Shown here piece by piece: positions 27,522 through 37,042 of a stretch of DNA of 64,000 nucleotides. Position numbers and translations under genes: made by a program. Location: positions 10,159-74,158 of the forward strand of contig PEAP01000005.1 in assembly GCA_002753665.1 (NCBI GenBank), read 5' to 3'. Numbering within the stretch: the stretch's first letter is position 1; each line of letters opens with the position of its first letter. Source of the stretch: Magnetococcales bacterium DC0425bin3. Its GTDB lineage: Bacteria > Pseudomonadota > Magnetococcia > Magnetococcales > DC0425bin3. The notes beneath the pieces are model-generated. The model did not search any database. It was not told where the DNA came from and was given only the letters and a program-made list of their open reading frames with translations.

Positions 27522-29267
27522 GTGAAAATCCTGATCGCCGACGACTCCCAGGACGACCGACTCCTCCTCGAAACCATCCTGAACAAGGCCGGGTTTCGCG
27601 ATCTGGTATTCGCCGACTCGGGACCGGCGGCCCGGGCGATTCTGGAATCCGCCGTCGCCATCCCGCCGGTGGGCCTGGTGCTGATGGACGTGGACATGCC
27701 CGGGGGCAACGGCCTGGAGACCCTGGTCCTGCTCAAGGGCGCCGACCGCTTTCGCCACCTGCCGGTGATCATGGTGACCGGTCAGGCCGATGTGCAAGAC
27801 GTGGTCCGCGCCTTCGAACGGGGCGCGGTGGACTACATCACCAAACCCTTCAACCGGGTGGAGCTGCTGGCCCGGGTGAAGTCGGTCATCGCCCTGGAAG
27901 AGGCCAACCAGAAAGTCCGGCACAGCGAAAAACGCCTGCGGGATCTCACCTCTGCCTTGGGCGAGGGCCTGGCCAGTCTGGATGCCGCGGGCCGGTTGGC
28001 GTTCCTCAACCCGGCGGGGGAACATCTGCTGGGCCGCAGCGAGGCGGAGCTGTTGGGACGGGAGTTTCACCAGACGGTGCATCCCGACGGTCGCGGTTGT
28101 CCCATCGCAGCCATCGGAGCCGCCGAGACGGACGCCGGCTGTCCCCTGGAAGGGGCGGGGTTGCACCCCGGACAGGTCCGGGTGGGGGAGACCCGATTGG
28201 TCGACGCGGGGGGGGCGGATTTTCCCGCTTCGTATTCCCTGGTCGCCCTGGTGGAGGAACGCCTGGTGCGCGGCGCGGTGGTGGCCTTCCGGGACATCAC
28301 CGCCCTCAAGCGCGACGAGGAACGCCTGCGTTTGGCCGCCAGCATCGTCCGCAACAGCCAGGAAGGCGTGATGATCGTCGATCCCGGCACCATGTGCATC
28401 GTGGACATCAATCCCGCCTTCACCTTCATCACCGGTTATCCCCGGGAGGAGGCCCTGGGCCGCAAGCCCAGTCTGTTGCATTCCGGCCGCCAGGAGGCCG
28501 AGTTCTACCGCGTCCTGTGGGCCCAACTGGAGCGCACCGGCCGCTGGCAGGGGGAAATCTGGAACCGCCGGCGCGACGGGGAGTTGTTTCCCGAATGGTT
28601 GAGCATCACCGCCCTGCGGGATCCCCAGGGTCGCACCACCCATTATGTGGGGCTGTTCACCGACATCACCACCCGCAAGCGCATGGAGGAACGCCTGCAG
28701 CATCAGGCCCACCATGATGTTCTCACCGGTCTGCCCAACCGCATCCTGATGACCGACCGTCTGGGGCGGGCCCTGGCCCAGGCCCGGCGGGACAAGCGGC
28801 AGGTGGGACTGCTCTATGTGGACCTGGATGGCTTCAAGCCCATCAACGACACCCATGGCCACGGGGCCGGGGACGCGGTATTGCGGGAGGTGGCCAACCA
28901 TCTGGGCCGGCTGATCCGCGCCAGCGATACCGCCGCCCGGGTGGGCGGCGACGAGTTCGTCATCATCCTGGGCGGGGTGCAGGGGGAGGCCGACGTGACG
29001 GCGGTGGCGGACAAGGTCCTGGCCGCCCTGTCCCGCACCTTCTGGGTGGATGGCCGGGCCTGCGTGGTGGGGGCCAGCATCGGCATCGCCCTGTTCCCCC
29101 GGGATGCCGAGACCGGGGAAGAGCTGTTGGGCCGAGGCGACACGGCCATGTATCAGGCCAAGCGCGAGGGGCGCAACCGCTACTGCATCTGGCAGCGAAC
29201 CGCCGATCCGGCGGCCTTGTCGGCCGATGAGCGACAAATGGCATTGGGTTATGATGACGGTTTGTGA
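27522..29267 (+). CDS. Response regulator receiver + PAS domains + GGDEF diguanylate cyclase
   Basis: GTG 27522 (VKILIADDSQDD) follows a GAGGGAG RBS. It has a REC domain (LMDVDMPGGNG), two PAS-like segments and a GGDEF core (RVGGDEFVII). Confidence 0.85.
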   Translation: MKILIADDSQDDRLLLETILNKAGFRDLVFADSGPAARAILESAVAIPPVGLVLMDVDMPGGNGLETLVLLKGADRFRHLPVIMVTGQADVQDVVRAFERGAVDYITKPFNRVELLARVKSVIALEEANQKVRHSEKRLRDLTSALGEGLASLDAAGRLAFLNPAGEHLLGRSEAELLGREFHQTVHPDGRGCPIAAIGAAETDAGCPLEGAGLHPGQVRVGETRLVDAGGADFPASYSLVALVEERLVRGAVVAFRDITALKRDEERLRLAASIVRNSQEGVMIVDPGTMCIVDINPAFTFITGYPREEALGRKPSLLHSGRQEAEFYRVLWAQLERTGRWQGEIWNRRRDGELFPEWLSITALRDPQGRTTHYVGLFTDITTRKRMEERLQHQAHHDVLTGLPNRILMTDRLGRALAQARRDKRQVGLLYVDLDGFKPINDTHGHGAGDAVLREVANHLGRLIRASDTAARVGGDEFVIILGGVQGEADVTAVADKVLAALSRTFWVDGRACVVGASIGIALFPRDAETGEELLGRGDTAMYQAKREGRNRYCIWQRTADPAALSADERQMALGYDDGL

Positions 29268-29372
29268 TAAAACGCTACAGAGGGGTGATGGGGGGAGAGG
29301 TTCATGAGGACCTCTTGGGGGCGTTCCGCTTCGGAAGCGACCGGAGCGGCGGACTGACAGCGGACGGTACCC

Positions 29373-30107
29373 ATGGAATCCACGGGCCAGATTCTCGTCG
29401 TCGATGATGATCCGGACATCCGGAAGTTGGTGGGCAGTTTCCTGGAAAAGAACGGCTACCAGGTCGCCCTGGCCGCCGACGGCCGGGGCTTGAACCGGGA
29501 TCTGACCCGGGTGGACTTGGTCATCCTCGACCTGATCCTGCCGGGGGAGGATGGCCTGATCCTGTGCCGCAACCTGCGGGCGCGCTCCAACGTGCCGGTG
29601 ATCATCCTCAGCTCCAAGGGCGAGGAGATGGATCGCATCATCGGTCTGGAGATGGGGGCCGACGACTATGTCGCCAAGCCGTTCCATCCCCGGGAGCTGC
29701 TGGCCCGGGTCAAGAGCGTGCTGCGCCGGACCCGCACCCCGACGGGCGGCGACCGGCCGTCGGATCCCGAGGATGCCCTGTTCCGCTTTTCCGGCTGGAA
29801 GCTGGACGGCCTCTCCCGGGACCTGGTCGCCCCCGACGGCGAGGTGGTGCCCCTCACCGGCAGCGAACATGCCCTGCTGAAGATTTTTCTCAACCATCCC
29901 AACCGGGTTCTGAGCCGGGACCAGCTCCTGGATCTGTCCCACGGCGGGGAAACCGACCATTTCGATCGCACCATCGACATGCAGGTCAGCCGGCTGCGCA
30001 AACGGTTGCGGGACGATCCCCGCAGTCCCCATCTGATCAAGACCGTGCGCAGCGCCGGCTATGTGTTCTGCGCCCGGGTGGAAAAGGTGCAGGGAGAAAA
30101 GAACTGA
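29373..30107 (+). CDS. OmpR-family response regulator (REC + winged-helix)
   Basis: 244 aa. It has ILVVDDDPDIRKL, LDLILPGEDG and the winged helix VSRLRKRL..IKTVRSAGYVF. Confidence 0.9.
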   Translation: MESTGQILVVDDDPDIRKLVGSFLEKNGYQVALAADGRGLNRDLTRVDLVILDLILPGEDGLILCRNLRARSNVPVIILSSKGEEMDRIIGLEMGADDYVAKPFHPRELLARVKSVLRRTRTPTGGDRPSDPEDALFRFSGWKLDGLSRDLVAPDGEVVPLTGSEHALLKIFLNHPNRVLSRDQLLDLSHGGETDHFDRTIDMQVSRLRKRLRDDPRSPHLIKTVRSAGYVFCARVEKVQGEKN

Positions 30108-30179
30108 TCGAACCGCCCTTGGAGCGTCCCCCAGGGTCCTGGGGCGCTTCGGGACAGGCGGGTTTCGAGAGGAGGGGCG

Positions 30180-30560
30180 GTGGCGGACATACTGGTGATT
30201 GACGACGATCCGGTCATCCGGGAGCTGTTGGCGGCCATTCTGGTGGACGCCGGACATGTGGTCCGCGGCGCCGCCGATGGTCGGGAGGGCCTGGACCTGT
30301 TCCGGGCCGCGCCGGCGGAGGTGGTGATCACCGACCTGCTGATGCCCGAGGTGGATGGGGTGGCGGTGATCCGGGAATTGACCGAGGCCCATCCCGACAT
30401 CCGGGTGATCGCCCTGTCCGGCGGCGGGCGGGTCCTCAGCGCCGATACCAGTCTGCACGTGGCGGAAAGGCTGGGGGCCTTCCGCATGTTGAAGAAACCC
30501 TTCGGTACCGATGAGGTGCTGCGGGCGGTGGCCGATGCCCTGGGAGATGCGGCTTCGTGA
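30180..30560 (+). CDS. Single-domain CheY-like response regulator
   Basis: 126 aa with a GTG start after GAGAGGAGGGG. It has ILVIDDDPVIRE and TDLLMPEVDG motifs. Confidence 0.85.
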   Translation: MADILVIDDDPVIRELLAAILVDAGHVVRGAADGREGLDLFRAAPAEVVITDLLMPEVDGVAVIRELTEAHPDIRVIALSGGGRVLSADTSLHVAERLGAFRMLKKPFGTDEVLRAVADALGDAAS

Positions 30561-31006
30561 GGGCGGTGGTGCAGCGGGTGAGCCGGGCGCGGGTGGTGGT
30601 GGGGGAGGAGACGGTGGGGGCCATCGACCGGGGCCTCCTGCTGCTGGCGGCCGTGGAACAGGGCGATGGGCCGGAGCAGGCCGCCTGGCTGGCCCGCAAG
30701 GTGTCCCGCCTGCGGATGTTTCCCGACGACACGGGACGCATGAACCGTTCGGTCCTTGACATCGGCGGCGCCGTGCTGGCCGTTTCCCAGTTCACCCTGG
30801 CCGCCGATCTCCGCAAGGGCGACCGCCCGTCCTTCACCGGCGCCGCGGCCCCGGACCTGGCCCGGCCGCTGTTCGAACGACTCTGCACCCTGCTGGAACA
30901 GACCGGTCTGCCGGTGGCCCGGGGCCGGTTCGGCGCCGACATGGCGGTTCACCTGGTCAACGACGGACCGGTCACGTTTCAGCTGGTGAGCGCCCCGGTG
31001 GACTGA
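30557..31006 (+). CDS. dtd: D-aminoacyl-tRNA deacylase
   Basis: 149 aa. MRAVVQRVSRARVVV..SQFTLAAD..G.RPSF is the canonical Dtd pattern. Confidence 0.92.
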   Translation: MRAVVQRVSRARVVVGEETVGAIDRGLLLLAAVEQGDGPEQAAWLARKVSRLRMFPDDTGRMNRSVLDIGGAVLAVSQFTLAADLRKGDRPSFTGAAAPDLARPLFERLCTLLEQTGLPVARGRFGADMAVHLVNDGPVTFQLVSAPVD

Positions 31007-31025
31007 CCGCCCGCTGCGCTTTCCT

Positions 31026-31077
31026 CTTCCACCGCCCACCCTCCCACCGATGAAAGCCGCTTTTCGGCTTCCACGGC
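31026..31077 (+). repeat. BPR copy k (degenerate module 1 + hairpin)
   Basis: CTTCCACCGCCCACCCTCCCACCGATGAAAGCCGCTTTTCGGCTTCCACGGCG, 20 nt after the dtd stop. Confidence 0.7.
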
Positions 31078-31232
31078 GCTCACACCCCGCGCAGGCCGGC
31101 ATATCTGGGCATCCCTGCCCCGCCCGCAGCCCGTTGATCAACGGGCTGATATCCCAGGACGGTTGGGAATTGAAGCGGATTACATTTTACCCCCAGGGGC
31201 CAAACGGGTAGAATCCCGTGCCATGCAGTCCG

Positions 31233-31303
31233 TTACCGCTGAAAGTCGCTCCGCGACTTTCAGCGGTGGAGGGTGGAGGGAGGCCTCCCCCATCCATCTA
31301 AAG
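31233..31303 (-). repeat. BPR copy l (complete)
   Basis: TTACCGCTGAAAGTCGCTCCGCGACTTTCAGCGGTGGAGGGTGGAGGGAGGCCTCCCCCATCCATCTAAAG, in inverted orientation relative to copy k. Confidence 0.9.
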
Positions 31304-31337
31304 TCAGCCACCCTCTGCTCAGCACAAGGAAGGAGCC

Positions 31338-31826
31338 ATGGCCATGACCACCCACGTCTCTTCACTGGAAGAAGCCCAGGAGTTGATCAACTCCCTCTAC
31401 CGCAAGGCGGAGGAGACCAACCGGGAGCTGGAGCAGGCCATTCAGCACGCCCGCAGCAACTTCGCGGTCATCGAAAAGCTGGCGATGTCCAGTCAGGAGA
31501 TCGGCAAGGCGGTGAAGGTGATCAAGAACATCGCCGGCCAGACCAACATGCTGGCCCTGAACGCCTCCATCGAGGCCGCGGGGGCCGGCGAGGCCGGCAA
31601 GGGCTTCGCGGTGGTGGCCAACGAGGTCAAGGACCTGTCCCGCCAGACCGCCGAAGCCACCAACATGATCGCCGAACGGGTGGACGAGATCCAGACCAAC
31701 ACTTACGAAGCCACCAGCACCGCCAAGGAAATGATCCAGTCCATCCAGCGCATCAGCGCCACCAACAACGAAATCTTCCAGAACGCCGACGCCGAGTTCG
31801 CCAAATCCGACGGCGGCGGGTTCTAG
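31338..31826 (+). CDS. Minimal soluble MCP: only the methyl-accepting-chemotaxis signalling (hairpin-tip) domain
   Basis: 162 aa. [37 protein letters not shown] is the MCP signalling tip. There is no TM, sensor or HAMP region. Confidence 0.75.
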   Translation: MAMTTHVSSLEEAQELINSLYRKAEETNRELEQAIQHARSNFAVIEKLAMSSQEIGKAVKVIKNIAGQTNMLALNASIEAAGAGEAGKGFAVVANEVKDLSRQTAEATNMIAERVDEIQTNTYEATSTAKEMIQSIQRISATNNEIFQNADAEFAKSDGGGF

Positions 31827-31860
31827 CCGGCCAGGATGGTCAACCAGGGGGGGACCCGGG

Positions 31861-32505
31861 TTGCTGTCCGTCATAGATAGGGAGAGACTCTTGGATCTGC
31901 ACCAGCACATTCTGGAAGCCACCGAAGAGAGCGTGATGGAGATCGTCAACACCATGCTCTTTCTCAACGTCGCCCCCAGCGCCGGGGTGGCGAAGCCCAC
32001 CGGGGTGGTCCATGTGGCGGCCCGGGCCGAGGTGTCGGCCATGGTGGGGCTCAACGGCGGCCTCAACGGCGGGGTGCGGGTGGCCTGCTCCGGGCCGGTG
32101 GCGCGCATCCTGGCCGGGGCGCTCTCCGGTGAGCATTACAAGGGCCTCACCGAGGAGGCCAAGGACGGTTTCGCCGAAATCGGCAACATGATCTCCGGCG
32201 GCATCCAGACCCGCCTGATGAACACCACCAACGTGGGGGAGGTCAACCTCACGCCGCCCACCATCATCGTCGGCGGCGATTACGAGGTGGATTACAAGAG
32301 CCAACTGGAAAGCGTGCGCCAGTTCTTCCGGGTCAACGACCAGCCCTTCTATGTGGAGGTTCACTACCAAGTGGAGGCCAAGCCCCAGGTCAACATCTCC
32401 CTGGATCCCGATGTGGTGGCCCAGGTGGATGCCTGGATCGGCCAGTTGGGCTCCGATCGGGCCGAGGTCCTGGCCAACCTGGTCAGGCGAGCCGCCGGGC
32501 GGTGA
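31861..32505 (+). CDS. CheX/CheC-like phosphatase domain fused to a C-terminal ribbon-helix-helix (CopG-like) segment
   Basis: 214 aa (TTG start). The CheX-like core is VMEIVNTMLF..AMVGLNGGLNGGVRVA..DGFAEIGNMISGG. The last ~45 aa (QVNISLDPDVVAQVDAWIGQLGSDRAEVLANLVRRAA) fit an RHH strand-helix-helix pattern. Confidence 0.6.
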   Translation: MLSVIDRERLLDLHQHILEATEESVMEIVNTMLFLNVAPSAGVAKPTGVVHVAARAEVSAMVGLNGGLNGGVRVACSGPVARILAGALSGEHYKGLTEEAKDGFAEIGNMISGGIQTRLMNTTNVGEVNLTPPTIIVGGDYEVDYKSQLESVRQFFRVNDQPFYVEVHYQVEAKPQVNISLDPDVVAQVDAWIGQLGSDRAEVLANLVRRAAGR

Positions 32506-32582
32506 GCGCCGGGGCCGGCAGGGGCCGTCCGGCTTGATGGACGATCCGGTCGGATCCGCCCCGCCCCGCCGCTAGCACTTCG

Positions 32583-32702
32583 CGGTTCCGCCTGCATGCC
32601 GACGGCCGCCGCGAGGAACTCCCGGGTTGCTTTCAGGGTCTGGTGAACGCCGGCGACGCCATCAAGATCCATACCCCGGGCGGGGGTGGTTTCGGGAGCC
32701 CG
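32583..32702 (+). pseudogene. Remnant of the C-terminus of a hydantoinase B / 5-oxoprolinase (HyuB-family) gene
   Basis: The intergenic translation RFRLHADGRREELPGCFQGLVNAGDAIKIHTPGGGGFGSP matches the conserved HyuB C-terminal motif (..GD.l.i.TPGGGGyG.P). There is no start codon and no upstream body. Confidence 0.5.
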
Positions 32703-32730
32703 ATGGCGGCCGGTCCGGTGGGGAGGATGA

Positions 32731-33096
32731 TCAGACCGACAACGGCTGACAGCAGCCCTCGTTCCAGGCGGTCTGCATGCTGGTGTCCAGCATGGCATTG
32801 AATTCATCGCGGTTGACCATCAGCATGTCGAGGGTCTGCCGGGCCTGGTTCAGCAGGCGCTGCCCCAGGGTTTCCGTCAGCTCGGCTTGTTCCCGCACCA
32901 CCTGCTGAAAGTCCATGGGCAGGCCGCCCATGATCCGCCATTGGTCGGATCCGGAACGGACCACATGCCCCACGGCGTCCAGTTGATGGTCGGCCAGATT
33001 GCGCAGGGCTGCGCCATGGATCTCTTGAAACCTGGCCGCGGCGTCGAAGAGGGTTTGGGTCAGGTTGACATTGGTTCGCAACAACGATCTCCCCAT
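32731..33096 (-). CDS. Hypothetical helical protein (phasin-like by composition)
   Basis: 121 aa from ATG 33096 (RBS AGAGAGG). The helical, Q/L/A-rich sequence gives only weak, by-eye similarity to phasin-family proteins. Confidence 0.4.
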   Translation of the reverse strand: MGRSLLRTNVNLTQTLFDAAARFQEIHGAALRNLADHQLDAVGHVVRSGSDQWRIMGGLPMDFQQVVREQAELTETLGQRLLNQARQTLDMLMVNRDEFNAMLDTSMQTAWNEGCCQPLSV

Positions 33097-33242
33097 GGGG
33101 CACCTCTCTGGAAGGCCGATTCCGTCCATACGGAAACCGGATCCGTATCGTGGAATCTGGAGTCAGCATAGCGATCCCCCGCGGACCGCGCAAGGGCATT
33201 TTTTTGCGGCGCGGAAAAATACGCTGGCGCCGTGGGGTGGGG

Positions 33243-33605
33243 CTACAGCAGTTTGACCAGGGCGGCCACCACGGCCACGCCGGTCACCAGCATGCCGCCC
33301 AGGCGCAGGGTCAGGGAGTGGGTCAGGCGCAGTTCGAGTTCCTTCATGTCGCGGCGCAGGTTGGCTTCCATGCTGGTCATGTCGCGGCGCAGGTTGGCAT
33401 CGATGGCGGCAATGTCCCGTTTCAGGTTGGCCTCGATCATGGCCATATCCCGTTTCAGGTCCGCCACGTCTTTTTTGGTGGCCAGGCGTTCCTCCACCAG
33501 GGCGACCAGGGCTTCGGCCTGGACTTCGGCCTGCTGCTCGGAGAAGCCGGCGGTTTTCAGTTTCTTGGCGTAGGCCAGGGTGTCGAAGGCGATGGCGTGG
33601 TCCAT
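33243..33605 (-). CDS. DUF1640-like tail-anchored coiled-coil protein, paralog with 3 hendecad repeats
   Basis: 120 aa. It has the MDHAIAFDTLAYAKKLKTAGFSEQQAEVQAEAL start, three 11-aa units (IEANLKRDIAA/IDANLRRDMTS/MEANLRRDMKE) and a C-terminal TM (LGGMLVTGVAVVAALVKLL). Confidence 0.75.
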   Translation of the reverse strand: MDHAIAFDTLAYAKKLKTAGFSEQQAEVQAEALVALVEERLATKKDVADLKRDMAMIEANLKRDIAAIDANLRRDMTSMEANLRRDMKELELRLTHSLTLRLGGMLVTGVAVVAALVKLL

Positions 33606-33627
33606 GATCGGTTCTCCCGTGGCGCGG

Positions 33628-34056
33628 CTACAGCAGTTTGACCAGGGCGGCCACCACGGCCACGCCGGTCACCAGCATGCCGCCCAGGCGCAGGGTCAGG
33701 GAGTGGGTCAGGCGCAGTTCGAGCTCCTTCATGTCGCGTTTCAGGTTGGTTTCCATGGCGGCCATGTCGCGTTTCAGGTTGGTTTCCATGGCGGCCATGT
33801 CGCGGCGCAGGTTGGCTTCCATACTGGTCATGTCGCGGCGCAGGTTGGCATCGATGGTGGCCATATCCTGCCGCAAGTTGGCCTCGATCATGGCCAGATC
33901 CCGCTTCAGATCCGCCACGTCCTTCTTGGTGGCCAGACGTTCCTCCACCAGGGCGACCAGGGCTTCGGCCTGGACTTCGGCCTGCTGCTCGGAGAAGCCG
34001 GCGATTTTCAGCTTCTTGGCGTAGGCCAGGGTGTCGAAGGCGATGGCGTGGTCCAT
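33628..34056 (-). CDS. DUF1640-like tail-anchored coiled-coil protein, paralog with 5 hendecad repeats
   Basis: 142 aa. Its termini are near-identical to the neighbours and it has five NL(K/R)(R/Q)DM units. The 22-nt spacer upstream is identical to that of the next gene. Confidence 0.75.
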   Translation of the reverse strand: MDHAIAFDTLAYAKKLKIAGFSEQQAEVQAEALVALVEERLATKKDVADLKRDLAMIEANLRQDMATIDANLRRDMTSMEANLRRDMAAMETNLKRDMAAMETNLKRDMKELELRLTHSLTLRLGGMLVTGVAVVAALVKLL

Positions 34057-34078
34057 GATCGGTTCTCCCGTGGCGCGG

Positions 34079-34474
34079 CTACAGCAGTTTGACCAGGGCG
34101 GCCACCACGGCCACGCCGGTCACCAGCATGCCGCCCAGGCGCAGGGTCAGGGAGTGGGTCAGGCGCAGTTCGAGTTCCTTCATGTCGCGGCGCAGGTTGG
34201 TTTCCATGGCGGCCATGTCGCGGCGCAGGTTGGCTTCCATGCTGGTCATGTCGCGGCGCAGGTTGGCATCGATGGTGGCAATGTCCCGTTTCAGACTGGC
34301 CTCGATCATGGCCATATCCCGTTTCAGGTCCGCCACGTCTTTTTTGGTGGCCAAGCGATCTTCCACCAGGGCGACCAGGGCTTCGGCCTGGACTTCGGCC
34401 TGCTGCTCGGAGAAGCCGGCGATTTTCAGTTTTTTGGCGTAGGCCAGGGTGTCGAAGGCGATGGCGTGGTCCAT
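34079..34474 (-). CDS. DUF1640-like tail-anchored coiled-coil protein, paralog with 4 hendecad repeats
   Basis: 131 aa. It is the first gene of the tandem trio on the minus strand and has four hendecad units. Confidence 0.75.
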   Translation of the reverse strand: MDHAIAFDTLAYAKKLKIAGFSEQQAEVQAEALVALVEDRLATKKDVADLKRDMAMIEASLKRDIATIDANLRRDMTSMEANLRRDMAAMETNLRRDMKELELRLTHSLTLRLGGMLVTGVAVVAALVKLL

Positions 34475-34544
34475 GACTCTATCCTCCCGATTCTGGATCG
34501 TACCATATCCGGGCCGACCGGCACAGAAAGAGTGGATGGCTTTT

Positions 34545-35516
<972 letters not shown>

Positions 35517-35722
35517 GGTCGGTCGGGGTCCTTGGGAATGGCAGTGGGTCACGGGATCATCCTCCATCCGCCACGGTAACCCAGGCCCCGGCCGCCGGCA
35601 AGACCGGCCGGCCCTGGACCCGGACCCGGGGAAGGTCTATAAAGTGAACCCGGGGGCCGGAGGATTCCCGGTCCCCGCCTGACCGGCCGGGGGGCGGCGG
35701 AACCGAACACGGAAGAATCAAG

Positions 35723-36994
35723 GTGGTCGACAATCCCAAAATCTGCGTCATCGGGCTGGGGTATGTGGGGCTGCCCCTGGCGGTGGCCTTCGGGCGCACG
35801 CTGCCCACCGTGGGCTACGACCGCAACCGGGAGCGGGTCCACGAACTCGCCCAGGGGCGGGACAGCACCCTGGAGGTGACCCCGGCGGATCTGGCCACGG
35901 CCCGGCATCTGGTCTACACGGCCGAGCTGGAGGAAACCCGCCCTTGCGATGTCTACATCGTGGCGGTGCCCACTCCCATCGACGAACACAAGCGGCCGGA
36001 CCTGGGACCGCTGCTGTCGGCCTCCCGGGCGGTGGGGGAGGTGTTGAGCCCCGGCAACGTGGTGGTGTTCGAATCCACCGTCTATCCGGGCGCCACCGAG
36101 GAGGACTGCCTGCCGGTGCTGGAGGAGGTCTCGGGGCTGGTGGGCAACGAGGACTTCTTCGTGGGCTACAGCCCGGAGCGCATCAATCCGGGGGACAAGG
36201 AACACCGCCTGGAAACCATCACCAAGATCACCTCCGGCTCCACCCCCGCCGCAGCGGACTGGGTGGATCGGCTCTACCGGCGCATCATCCGGGCCGGCAC
36301 CTTCCGGGCCAGCTCCATCCGGGTGGCCGAGGCGGCCAAGGTGATCGAGAACACCCAGCGGGATGTCAACATCGCCCTGATCAACGAATTGGCGCTGATC
36401 TTCCAGCGCATGGGCATCGACACCCAGGAGGTGCTGGAGGCGGCGGGGACCAAGTGGAACTTCCTGCCGTTCCGTCCCGGCCTGGTGGGCGGGCATTGCA
36501 TCGGCGTGGATCCCTACTACCTGACCCACAAGGCCCAGGCCATCGGCTATCACCCGGAGGTGATCCTGGCCGGCCGGCGCATCAACGACCATATGGCCAT
36601 GAATGTCGCCGCCCAGGTGGTGAAGCTGATGACCCGCAAGGGGATCCTGGTCAGCGCGGCGCGCATTCTGGTGCTGGGGCTCACCTTCAAGGAGAACTGT
36701 CCCGACCTGCGCAACACCAAGGTGGTGGACATGATCCGGGAATTCCACGACTACGGCGCCCGGGTGGAGGTGCATGATCCCTGGGCGGATCCGGTCCATG
36801 CCCGCCACGAGTACGGGTTGGAGCTGATCGCCGATCCGCCCGCGGGCAGCTACGATGCCGTGGTGGTGGCCGTGGGCCATGCCCGGTTCCGGGACATGGG
36901 TCCGGAACGGATCCGCGCCCTCGGCCGGGACCACGCGGTGATCTACGATCTCAAATACATCCTGCCGGCCAGCCAGGTGGATGGCCGGCTGTAG
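35723..36994 (+). CDS. Nucleotide-sugar (UDP-GlcNAc/GalNAc-type) 6-dehydrogenase, TviB/WbpO-like
   Basis: 423 aa. It has the [17 protein letters not shown] Rossmann start and the catalytic region [11 protein letters not shown]. Confidence 0.85.
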   Translation: MVDNPKICVIGLGYVGLPLAVAFGRTLPTVGYDRNRERVHELAQGRDSTLEVTPADLATARHLVYTAELEETRPCDVYIVAVPTPIDEHKRPDLGPLLSASRAVGEVLSPGNVVVFESTVYPGATEEDCLPVLEEVSGLVGNEDFFVGYSPERINPGDKEHRLETITKITSGSTPAAADWVDRLYRRIIRAGTFRASSIRVAEAAKVIENTQRDVNIALINELALIFQRMGIDTQEVLEAAGTKWNFLPFRPGLVGGHCIGVDPYYLTHKAQAIGYHPEVILAGRRINDHMAMNVAAQVVKLMTRKGILVSAARILVLGLTFKENCPDLRNTKVVDMIREFHDYGARVEVHDPWADPVHARHEYGLELIADPPAGSYDAVVVAVGHARFRDMGPERIRALGRDHAVIYDLKYILPASQVDGRL

Positions 36995-37042
36995 GCGGGC
37001 CAGGTGGATGGCCGGCAGGCGGGGAAAAGGAGTGCCAGCGGC

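Noticed and set aside
25817-27772. 651-aa minus-strand ORF spanning DUF2249, sirC and the Hpt gene
   Set aside because: Only its last 88 codons (from ATG 26083) form a plausible protein. The rest is antisense to the SirC-like and Hpt genes and crosses repeat copy j.
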